From positions 16,900-80,899 of the IMG/VR virus record IMGVR_UViG_3300044612_001981: 64,000 nt of DNA; one strand, 5' to 3'. The notes beneath the pieces were generated by a model. The model worked only from the letters and a program-made list of their open reading frames with translations, did no database searches and was not told where the DNA came from. The position numbers and the translations under genes were made by a program. Position 1 is the first letter of the stretch. Each line of letters begins with the position of its first letter. This DNA comes from a virus (Duplodnaviria > Caudoviricetes). Positions 57,185-64,000 of the stretch are shown here, piece after piece.

Positions 57185-59119
57185 CTAGGCAGATATATCT
57201 ACAAGTTCGCAATTTCCGTCTGAACTGCAAGCCAAGGTAGCGTTTGTTGAAGTTCCATCTTCTGTTTCATAAAAAGAGAGATCTTCCCACCTAATATTCT
57301 TTGGCATTTTAGATAAAAGCTCTTCATATTCTTCTTTTGAAATTTCTTGATAAGGTGCTTGCTTATATGTATGCTCTGAGTGTGGCAGGAAAGAAATTCC
57401 AGATACTTCATCAAAATTCTTGTATACCCAAGCTCCTACTTCCATCCACTCTTCTTCTTTTACTGAAACAGTAATAGAAGGTTTATGCTCACACCAAGCT
57501 CTTTGATAAACAAGCCAAATATTTAAGTGGTCAATTGCAGTTAAATCATTTCTAACAATTGCACCTTCTGGTGCTCTTACTGGGAACGAAAATACATATG
57601 TTTCATTAGGCTTCATTACATCATCTTCTACTGGTATGCCAACTTCTTTTAGGAAAACAGAAATTGGATCTCCTTTTGAACCACGAACTGTGCGAACATA
57701 ATATGGTGAATGCCATGGATGCATTCCTGAAGATACCCCGACTAATTGAGACACTGTTCCAGAAGGCTTTACGCAAGTAATAGCTGCCGACTCAGGAATC
57801 CCAATTTTCCCAGCCTCTTCTTTATTTGTTTCACGAGCATATTCTCTTAAAGACATTAGGTAATCTTCTAAAGCAACGATGTCTTGCTTTCCAGACATGA
57901 ACTTGTGTCCAAATTGTCCAGTTAATGAAACTCCAAGAAGTCTTTCTTCTTCTGTGTTATCTTTCCATATTTTTCTTAGGTACTTAAAATCTGTAAGAGT
58001 TGACTGCCAGGTTCCAAGTATTGTTGCAAGCCTTACTTTATTTGCAATATCTTCTTTGGTGTCTTTCTCACGCAATACTACTTCTGAAAGATTGCAAAAC
58101 TGATACGGACGAAGGATAATTTCAGAGCAAGGGTTTGTTCCATAATGAATATCTGGATCTCTACGACCAAACTTCGCTGCTTGTGCTTGAGCTGCGGCTA
58201 CGTTGTAAATACCACGTTCACCAGACTTTGAATCATAAAGAGATTTCCACTCTGCAATAAACTGTTCCATTTCTGGCTTTCTTGAATATGCAACTGAGTT
58301 ATTAGATAATGCTCGTTGTGTATTACCTTCCCACCAATTACCAGCCTTTGCTTGAGCCATTTCAATATCATTAATGTTTGACAGGGAAATCATTGCAGAT
58401 CTTCTTACTCCACCAACAACTACTACTTCACCAATCTTACACATAATGTCATGACATTCAATTGGTTTAAGATTTCTACCTGCTGCATTTTTAAACTTAG
58501 CAATAGTAAAGTCAAAAAGATTTACTAGGGGCTGAGGACCAGAAGATCTACCACCCATTGTTTTTAATCTTGCACCAGCAGGTCTAACTTTAGTTACATC
58601 AATTGCTGGAATATGTCCTGTCCAAAGAAGTGCTAATAGTTCACGATATGCTTTTGCCCATCCTTGCTTTGAATCTTCGACAACAATAATAGTATCCGAC
58701 TTCTCTAGTTTTTCTGGGACGGCAGGAAGCTTATTAATATACTTGTACTCAACTGAGAATCCTACACCAGTTCCGCACATAAGTACATACATTGTTTCAT
58801 CAAATGATCTAGGTGAATCAACTGGCAAGAAAGCACAATTGTATCCTGCTACATTATCTCTTTCAAGTGCTACGCCAGAAGTCATTACAGATCTCATTGA
58901 TGGCATAACATTTCGTTCAAATACAAACTCTTTTAATTCCGCAACAAGCTTCTCATTTGGAATGTAATTATGGTTTTCTTTTAAGTGATTGGTCATGAAA
59001 GAAAAATATCTATCTACTGTTTCTCCCCATGTCTCTCTTCTTCCTTCTGTTTCTACCCATTTAGCATATCTTGATAGTGCAATAAAGTTTTCATAAGGAT
59101 TTTCAATAGTATTTTTCAT
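57185..59119 (-). CDS. nrdJ: class II (B12-dependent) ribonucleotide reductase
   Basis: YNC, GGVRRSA, TNPCSE, TCVKPSGT, C-terminal CSSDGNC; no beta-subunit gene adjacent. Confidence 0.9.
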   Translation of the reverse strand: MKNTIENPYENFIALSRYAKWVETEGRRETWGETVDRYFSFMTNHLKENHNYIPNEKLVAELKEFVFERNVMPSMRSVMTSGVALERDNVAGYNCAFLPVDSPRSFDETMYVLMCGTGVGFSVEYKYINKLPAVPEKLEKSDTIIVVEDSKQGWAKAYRELLALLWTGHIPAIDVTKVRPAGARLKTMGGRSSGPQPLVNLFDFTIAKFKNAAGRNLKPIECHDIMCKIGEVVVVGGVRRSAMISLSNINDIEMAQAKAGNWWEGNTQRALSNNSVAYSRKPEMEQFIAEWKSLYDSKSGERGIYNVAAAQAQAAKFGRRDPDIHYGTNPCSEIILRPYQFCNLSEVVLREKDTKEDIANKVRLATILGTWQSTLTDFKYLRKIWKDNTEEERLLGVSLTGQFGHKFMSGKQDIVALEDYLMSLREYARETNKEEAGKIGIPESAAITCVKPSGTVSQLVGVSSGMHPWHSPYYVRTVRGSKGDPISVFLKEVGIPVEDDVMKPNETYVFSFPVRAPEGAIVRNDLTAIDHLNIWLVYQRAWCEHKPSITVSVKEEEWMEVGAWVYKNFDEVSGISFLPHSEHTYKQAPYQEISKEEYEELLSKMPKNIRWEDLSFYETEDGTSTNATLACSSDGNCELVDISA

Positions 59120-59321
59120 TTGTCGCCTTTTCTTCCGCCATACGGATTGATTAATTTTTAAGTGAAGTCTAAGTGTACCAAAGTTTTTTATAAAAGAAAA
59201 GAAAAATTATTTTTGTTGTTGTTTTTTAGTTAACTATAATATATAATACTCTATATATACATATATATATAATATATGTTAATTTTTGTTGATTTGCTGA
59301 CCCCCCGACCCCCCTATTGGA

Positions 59322-59349
59322 ATTATACTATTTACATATTCTTTGTCAA
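59322..59349 (-). promoter_or_regulatory. consensus promoter, leftward
   Basis: TTGACA-16-TATAAT. Confidence 0.7.
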
Positions 59350-59361
59350 TAGTAAAACCAT

Positions 59362-59391
59362 TTGACATGTTCTTTATTACAATGGTATGAT
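59362..59391 (+). promoter_or_regulatory. promoter, rightward (divergent pair)
   Basis: TTGACA-18-TATGAT with TG extension. Confidence 0.6.
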
Positions 59392-59424
59392 TATACTTCG
59401 CTATCTCTAAAGGAGGAAATGCCA

Positions 59425-59973
59425 ATGGAGAATATAAAAGAAAGTTTGAGTAGTGTTGTTCATCACTGGACAGCAATTGCAGTAGCAACAATGTTTTTGT
59501 TTTCAAACAGCAATACTGTTGCACTAGCTCAAGCAGAAATAGTAAAACCAAAGACAGAAGTACAACTTAAGAAAGAAACCTTAGAAAAGTACAGCAATAC
59601 TGTTTATAAGCCTTCAGAAATGCTTACAGACGCAGAACTAATAGAACTGTTGTCTACAGTAGGATTTGAAGGAAAAGCCCTTAAAACGGCTTGGGCTATT
59701 GCAAAGCGGGAGTCTAACGGACGACCATTAGCTTACAATGGTAACAGAGCAACTGGAGACAGTTCTTACGGAATTTTTCAGATCAACATGTTGGGTAACC
59801 TCGGAGTAGATCGTAAAGAAAAATTTAACTTGAAGTCAAACGAGTCGTTGTTTGACCCAACTAAAAATGCAGAGATAGCGTATTACATGACCAATGGCGG
59901 TACTGATTGGTCTGCTTGGAAGGGTTTAACCCCAAGAGCAATGGAATTTTATTTAAAATTTCCTGATAACTAG
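59425..59973 (+). CDS. lytic transglycosylase (lysozyme-like) with N-terminal hydrophobic segment
   Basis: AIAKRESNG, SYGIFQIN, LFDP..NA, W.AW; AGGAGG RBS 8 nt before ATG 59425. Confidence 0.88.
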   Translation: MENIKESLSSVVHHWTAIAVATMFLFSNSNTVALAQAEIVKPKTEVQLKKETLEKYSNTVYKPSEMLTDAELIELLSTVGFEGKALKTAWAIAKRESNGRPLAYNGNRATGDSSYGIFQINMLGNLGVDRKEKFNLKSNESLFDPTKNAEIAYYMTNGGTDWSAWKGLTPRAMEFYLKFPDN

Positions 59974-59985
59974 AAAGGGTATATA

Positions 59986-60198
59986 GTGAAGATACAATAT
60001 GTGTCTACGTATATAAACCTTTCTCTAGAAGGCCTTGTTCCTAAGCTTTTATGCCCACAGGATCAAGGTCTTCTATTTTGTAATGGGGACGGGGAGTCTG
60101 AAGTATATCTTTACTGCTTAGAGTGTAAGTATAAGAATACTTTGGGTTTACAAAAGTATGACAATATAGTAAGATTAGTAGATGAACAAACAAAGTGA
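59986..60198 (+). CDS. zinc-ribbon-like hypothetical protein
   Basis: CPQD...CLEC; GTG start with AAAGGG RBS. Confidence 0.65.
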   Translation: MKIQYVSTYINLSLEGLVPKLLCPQDQGLLFCNGDGESEVYLYCLECKYKNTLGLQKYDNIVRLVDEQTK

Positions 60199-60289
60199 TT
60201 TTGAGTCATCCATACTTTCTGAAACAGATGCTATGGGAAGAGAAATTTGGTGGACAGATGCAGGAAGACCCTCAGATACAGCAAAATAA
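60182..60289 (+). CDS. 35-aa hypothetical protein (not in ORF track)
   Basis: MNKQSDFESSILSETDAMGREIWWTDAGRPSDTAK bridges the two neighbours. Confidence 0.45.
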   Translation: MNKQSDFESSILSETDAMGREIWWTDAGRPSDTAK

Positions 60290-60470
60290 TCTGGAAGACA
60301 ACCTTCCAATGGTTACCTACATAATGTTGCATAGGATTTATGACTTACTAAGCATTATAGCTAGTAAAGTTGCAGACTCCAAAGAAATAGAAAAGATGAT
60401 ACAATATCATGAGGCGGGATATTTATTAGGCCCAGTTCCGTCATTTAACCCAGGAGAAGAAAATGAATAA
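60258..60470 (+). CDS. hypothetical protein
   Basis: Start moved to MQEDP (GGTGGA upstream). Confidence 0.65.
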   Translation: MQEDPQIQQNNLEDNLPMVTYIMLHRIYDLLSIIASKVADSKEIEKMIQYHEAGYLLGPVPSFNPGEENE

Positions 60471-60645
60471 AGAAGACATCTTATCGTTTATGATAGAAGA
60501 ATTTGAGGCATCAAATAAAATAGGAATGCTTAATGGCGGAATGTCAAATCAAGAAATAGAAGAAAAAACACTTGAATATCGACCATCAATATCTATTTTA
60601 TTATCTCAAGTTTTAGACAAAATGTTTGAAAAAAATATATTGTAG
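60463..60645 (+). CDS. hypothetical protein
   Basis: AGGAG RBS; overlaps upstream stop. Confidence 0.65.
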   Translation: MNKEDILSFMIEEFEASNKIGMLNGGMSNQEIEEKTLEYRPSISILLSQVLDKMFEKNIL

Positions 60646-60683
60646 ATATTGCTTTTTAAAAATATTTTTTGTATTATAGAATT

Positions 60684-60756
60684 ACGCTAGTTGAGTAAAT
60701 CCTGGCGTATGCATGAAAATGCAAGTAAACCCCTGGATCCGCCTCCAGGGGTTTAC
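60684..60756 (+). ncRNA. candidate three-hairpin small RNA
   Basis: Promoter TTGCTT-17-TATTAT puts +1 at first stem base; stems of 7, 5 (GAAA loop) and 13 bp. Confidence 0.55.
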
Positions 60757-60777
60757 ACATGCTATAATATATATATA

Positions 60778-60927
60778 ATGACCAGAGATTATTTTGCAAA
60801 ATATATGATGAGTCCTAAATTTCAAGAGGATGAAAAGCTAAAAGCTGATCATAAGAGAGTTTGCCAAAGATGCCGTGATGGAATAGTAAAATTTTATTTT
60901 AAGAAAATTATCAATAGGGGGAAATAA
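60778..60927 (+). CDS. hypothetical protein
   Basis: MTRDYF... just downstream of TGCTATAAT; TAATG coupling to next gene. Confidence 0.55.
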   Translation: MTRDYFAKYMMSPKFQEDEKLKADHKRVCQRCRDGIVKFYFKKIINRGK

Positions 60928-61775
60928 TGTTCTACGATAGAGAAGATTGCACTAAAGTTTCATTTTTTCCAGATGATTACGGAACGCCAAGCGGAGTTTT
61001 TGTCTTTAAAGGGTTTTACACTGACGAAGAGTGTAAGATAGTTGAGGATGCCTTAAAAGACTACCAATATGATCAAAAATATGAAGATACATTAATAAGC
61101 TGGTATGCAGATAAGCTGAGCCCACCTATTTTAGGATTACATAAGTTATGGGAAAAGGCAAGCGAAATGCTTTACCCAGAATATGTTATACACCCACAAA
61201 ACAATGTGCTTGTTATAAGCGAACACATGAATCAGGGTATGTTTACTCATTCTGATTCTCCAGGCAAAGGCGAGTGCCACAGACTTTCTCAGGTTGACGT
61301 ATGGAAGACATGTTGTGAGCTAGATTTTGGCCTAGTTGCTTACTTTGGAGACTTTGAAGGCGGAGAAATATTCTACGTAAACATTGATAAAGATGGTAAT
61401 AAAAATCCAGCAGTAGGAGAAGAAAATAGGTTAACTATTAAGCCAGAAAGAGGAGACCTAATTGTGCATGGTGCATTTGATCCTCATACACATGGTGTTG
61501 AAAAAGTTACCAAGGGAGTACGTTATGCATTTTCAAACTTTGTTCTTAAAGCAGAAGATAATCCAGGAACTTTTCACAACTATAAGAGCCCAGAATATAA
61601 TGTTCAGATAAAAGAAGCATACAACGGAGACTTTGAGCATTTTCAAAATGTATGGATGATGCCACTTAAACAGAATCCTCAGTTCACCCCAGAGCTAATT
61701 AAAAAATATCAAGCTTCTGGACTAGAGGGAGAAGCTTTGTCAGATATGTTTATGGGAGAATTTAAAGAGCATTAA
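60927..61775 (+). CDS. 2OG-Fe(II) oxygenase
   Basis: HSD...YFGDFEGGE...HGV...RY. Confidence 0.88.
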   Translation: MFYDREDCTKVSFFPDDYGTPSGVFVFKGFYTDEECKIVEDALKDYQYDQKYEDTLISWYADKLSPPILGLHKLWEKASEMLYPEYVIHPQNNVLVISEHMNQGMFTHSDSPGKGECHRLSQVDVWKTCCELDFGLVAYFGDFEGGEIFYVNIDKDGNKNPAVGEENRLTIKPERGDLIVHGAFDPHTHGVEKVTKGVRYAFSNFVLKAEDNPGTFHNYKSPEYNVQIKEAYNGDFEHFQNVWMMPLKQNPQFTPELIKKYQASGLEGEALSDMFMGEFKEH

Positions 61776-61839
61776 ACGCCATATAGTGCGAAAAAAGTGC
61801 GCCGCGAGAAGAAGCATATTCTAGTCAACTGTAACATAT

Positions 61840-61855
61840 TGTTTCACATGAAACA
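61840..61855. promoter_or_regulatory. parS-like centromere site
   Basis: TGTTTCACATGAAACA, 15/16 match to TGTTTCACGTGAAACA; intergenic. Confidence 0.7.
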
Positions 61856-62013
61856 TTTTATCTGAAATACCCCTTATAAAGCCTCTAGAGGCTCTCTAAG
61901 CCTTTACTAGGCTTTTTGCCTACCCAAGGGCGGGAGAGGGCCAAAAAGTCCTTTTACGACGATATCCTTTATTGTCCCAAGTATAATCAATAAGACGTAT
62001 ATAGATCAAGGTA

Positions 62014-62151
62014 TTATATAGACTCATCTTCGTCATCGACATCAAAGATATCTCTAATCCCGCCCATTTTTTTAATTTCGTATAGAAATATAAATACTGG
62101 AGCTAGTATTGCAGATATAATTAATACTGCAGAGTAATATTTTTTTCTCAT
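62014..62151 (-). CDS. 45-aa membrane protein (not in ORF track)
   Basis: MRKKYYSAVLIISAILAPVFIFLYEIKKMGGIRDIFDVDDEDESI; ATGA overlap. Confidence 0.6.
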   Translation of the reverse strand: MRKKYYSAVLIISAILAPVFIFLYEIKKMGGIRDIFDVDDEDESI

Positions 62152-62786
62152 ACATCCCGTCTCTTTTCTAGTATATCTTTGTCTAAATCACTGATTACCT
62201 TTTCTCTTTGTGTTTCTTTATTTAAATCTTTTGGAATTGGTACATAAGGCAAATTCATAAAAATTAATGATCCCCTAGGAGTTAAAGGTGTTGTTTCATG
62301 CAAAGTCCACCCTCTCATATACAAAACATCTCCTGACTCTAATATAACTCTATGCTCTGTCTTGCTTTCATCATAAGGGTCTATTAGTAGCCATTCTACT
62401 TTACCAAAACAATTAATGTGAACTACGTCAGACTGGTCGTTGTGAAGAACAGCATGAACACTTTTATTATGTACGTCTCCTGTTTGCATAAGACTTAAGT
62501 AGTATGTATCGGTATTCCCATAAAGCTTAGATAATTCTTTTACCGTCATTGACCAATCAGGAAAGTATCTTAAATCATCATTTGATATATCCTCTCTTGT
62601 ATTTCTTCTACAAGATTTATCAAAAGTTTCAAGAATTTCTTTATGGTAGTAGTTAGAGTAATTTAAAAAATCTTTTTCAGTAACCTGCCAATCTATGCCA
62701 TTTTTTAAAACGTAAAATGGTAGATCTTGCAGCTTAGCTTCTAATATAGCTTGAACTATTTTATTCTTCATATATATCCTAGTCAA
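62148..62786 (-). CDS. JmjC/cupin-type oxygenase
   Basis: HND.SDV......G...W...L.SGDVLY.....LH. Confidence 0.75.
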   Translation of the reverse strand: MTRIYMKNKIVQAILEAKLQDLPFYVLKNGIDWQVTEKDFLNYSNYYHKEILETFDKSCRRNTREDISNDDLRYFPDWSMTVKELSKLYGNTDTYYLSLMQTGDVHNKSVHAVLHNDQSDVVHINCFGKVEWLLIDPYDESKTEHRVILESGDVLYMRGWTLHETTPLTPRGSLIFMNLPYVPIPKDLNKETQREKVISDLDKDILEKRRDV

Positions 62787-63501
62787 CTGCTTTATTCTTA
62801 GACTCTATGTATTTCTTTAATCTAGGATGCTTTATTACAGGGTCACCTTCTTGGAAAAAATATCTAGGGTCATCTTTTAAATTTTTACGTGGTTGATCAT
62901 CTCTTCTCCATATTTCCTGAGAACTCGATGATTCTAAATCAAACATTTTATTTGCATCAAGATAGTACTTTTTATTTATTTGTCCAGTAAAAGTTATTCT
63001 ATTTCCACTAGTTATCTTACTAACTCCATGCACTATATTTACATCATGGATTACTAGGTCCCCCGCTTTTGGTTTGTATGCAAAGCTGTACTCTGGATAA
63101 AATATTTCTCCCCCTTCGTAATTGTCGTTTATGTATACTATGTAGGATAAATACGCCATATCTTTGTCAACCTTTTTTACATCTGAAGATTCATCAACCT
63201 CAATATCTCTTATAGCACATTCTACGTTGACCACATCTGTGTGTACTGCAACATCTTGACCAACTGATCTATAAACTAGATTTTTTATTTGAACTGGAAA
63301 AACATTCTTGGATTTTGTTATTTGAGAAAGTATATCGCCATATTCTTCAATAACGTCTGTTTCATAGAAACCAGGTTGAGTAAATTCATCAATGCATTTT
63401 TTTATAATAAACTCTATATCATTAATAAAATTATTGTATATCCAAACACCAGGTATTACTTGCTCGTGCAAGTCAATGTGCTGTGGTGTTTTATATGTCA
63501 T
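62779..63501 (-). CDS. 2OG-Fe(II) oxygenase
   Basis: HTD...YINDNYEGGE...HGV...RI. Confidence 0.88.
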   Translation of the reverse strand: MTYKTPQHIDLHEQVIPGVWIYNNFINDIEFIIKKCIDEFTQPGFYETDVIEEYGDILSQITKSKNVFPVQIKNLVYRSVGQDVAVHTDVVNVECAIRDIEVDESSDVKKVDKDMAYLSYIVYINDNYEGGEIFYPEYSFAYKPKAGDLVIHDVNIVHGVSKITSGNRITFTGQINKKYYLDANKMFDLESSSSQEIWRRDDQPRKNLKDDPRYFFQEGDPVIKHPRLKKYIESKNKAVD

Positions 63502-63527
63502 CTATATATTATACTACTTCTATATTG

Positions 63528-63600
63528 TAGGGATACTGGGACTTGAACCCAGACTCTATTGTATATAAGACAAGTGCTTTCACCGTTAAGCTATATCCCC
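63528..63600 (-). tRNA. tRNA-Ile(UAU)
   Basis: GGGGATA/TATCCCT acceptor, GCTT/AAGC D-stem, loop CT-TAT-AT, CTGGG-TTCAAGT-CCCAG T-arm; CCA not encoded. Confidence 0.88.
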
Positions 63601-63680
63601 TAGTTTGTATTAAATTGCAGAATTATTCCGCATATACAAACTAGGATCGATATAACACCTACCCAAAGAAAAGTTTTCAT
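63600..63680 (-). CDS. 26-aa hydrophobic peptide (not in ORF track)
   Basis: MKTFLWVGVISILVCICGIILQFNTN; ATGA overlap with upstream ORF. Confidence 0.4.
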   Translation of the reverse strand: MKTFLWVGVISILVCICGIILQFNTN

Positions 63681-63790
63681 TTCCCGCTCTTTATTAGCTT
63701 ATTGATGCAACTAACGCAAAAGTTTTCTAGTACGCCTTTTGAGTTTAATCTCTCAACATATTTTGGTCTATCACAGAAGTTGCATTTCAT
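63677..63790 (-). CDS. 37-aa C4 zinc-finger protein (not in ORF track)
   Basis: MKCNFCDRPK...FCVSC; TGCTATACT 7 nt upstream of ATG. Confidence 0.6.
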   Translation of the reverse strand: MKCNFCDRPKYVERLNSKGVLENFCVSCINKLIKSGK

Positions 63791-63934
63791 GATCTTAGTA
63801 TAGCATAATTCTAGTCAACTAGCATTTCAGATTCTACAAAATGTTAATATTTTTTTAATTTGTATGATACACATATTTGAAATGTCCGTTTTGTCTACAT
63901 AGTCCGCACATAGGTTTAAGGGCTTGAGCGTGAG

Positions 63935-63950
63935 TGTGATGGACCTCACA
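63935..63950. promoter_or_regulatory. CRP/GlxR-type binding site
   Basis: TGTGA-TGGACC-TCACA, perfect TGTGA-N6-TCACA, intergenic. Confidence 0.65.
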
Positions 63951-64000
63951 AAAGTTTTTTGACGACACGCCCGAGAAACGGGCATAAATGTCAGTCCCCC

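Noticed and set aside
59120-59300. NrdR box or cobalamin riboswitch upstream of nrdJ
   Set aside because: Only low-complexity AT sequence; no convincing consensus or riboswitch core.
59279-59551. Minus-strand 90-aa ORF
   Set aside because: Antisense to the transglycosylase and crosses both divergent promoters.
60691-60777. 5' extension of ORF 60691..60927
   Set aside because: TTG start without RBS, running through the hairpins; ATG 60778 has its own promoter.
1-64000. Stop-codon reassignment, integrase or prophage boundary
   Set aside because: Genes are intact and densely packed in the standard code; no integrase or host genes in the window.

Overview
AT-rich segment of a large tailed-phage (siphovirus-type) genome, mostly on the minus strand. 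From left to right it holds: a replication module (DnaE-type polymerase cut by the window edge, SSB, primase, DnaB helicase, phosphoesterase); a tail module with a 3624-aa tape measure protein (TMP) and a -1 frameshifted chaperone pair; head genes (major capsid, protease/scaffold, portal); about 21 kb of fibre/appendage genes; a holin-like gene, a class II ribonucleotide reductase and a divergent lytic transglycosylase; and a right-hand accessory region with more oxygenases, a tRNA-Ile(UAU) and dense regulatory DNA. Leaderless extended -10 promoters and a parS, a CRP and a GACAC box suggest an actinobacterial host, possibly a low-GC freshwater one (inference). Best candidates for an undescribed system: (1) five prolyl-4-hydroxylase-like 2OG-Fe(II) enzymes plus a DUF6065-like gene, sitting between a collagen-like fibre and a virion protein ending in 16 Phe-Phe-(x)-Pro-Pro units, with a second FFxPP protein (PASTA, TSP1 and Cys-rich modules) nearby, i.e. 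a putative virion-appendage modification system; (2) a TMP built like a polyprotein, with about 11 xxxGG motifs bracketing kinase-like and ADP-ribosyltransferase cargo domains. Also notable: a parS site, a promoter-defined three-hairpin sRNA and a G6-TC-G6 transcript start beside an AT-rich tract. All family calls come from motif recognition by eye; no searches were run.
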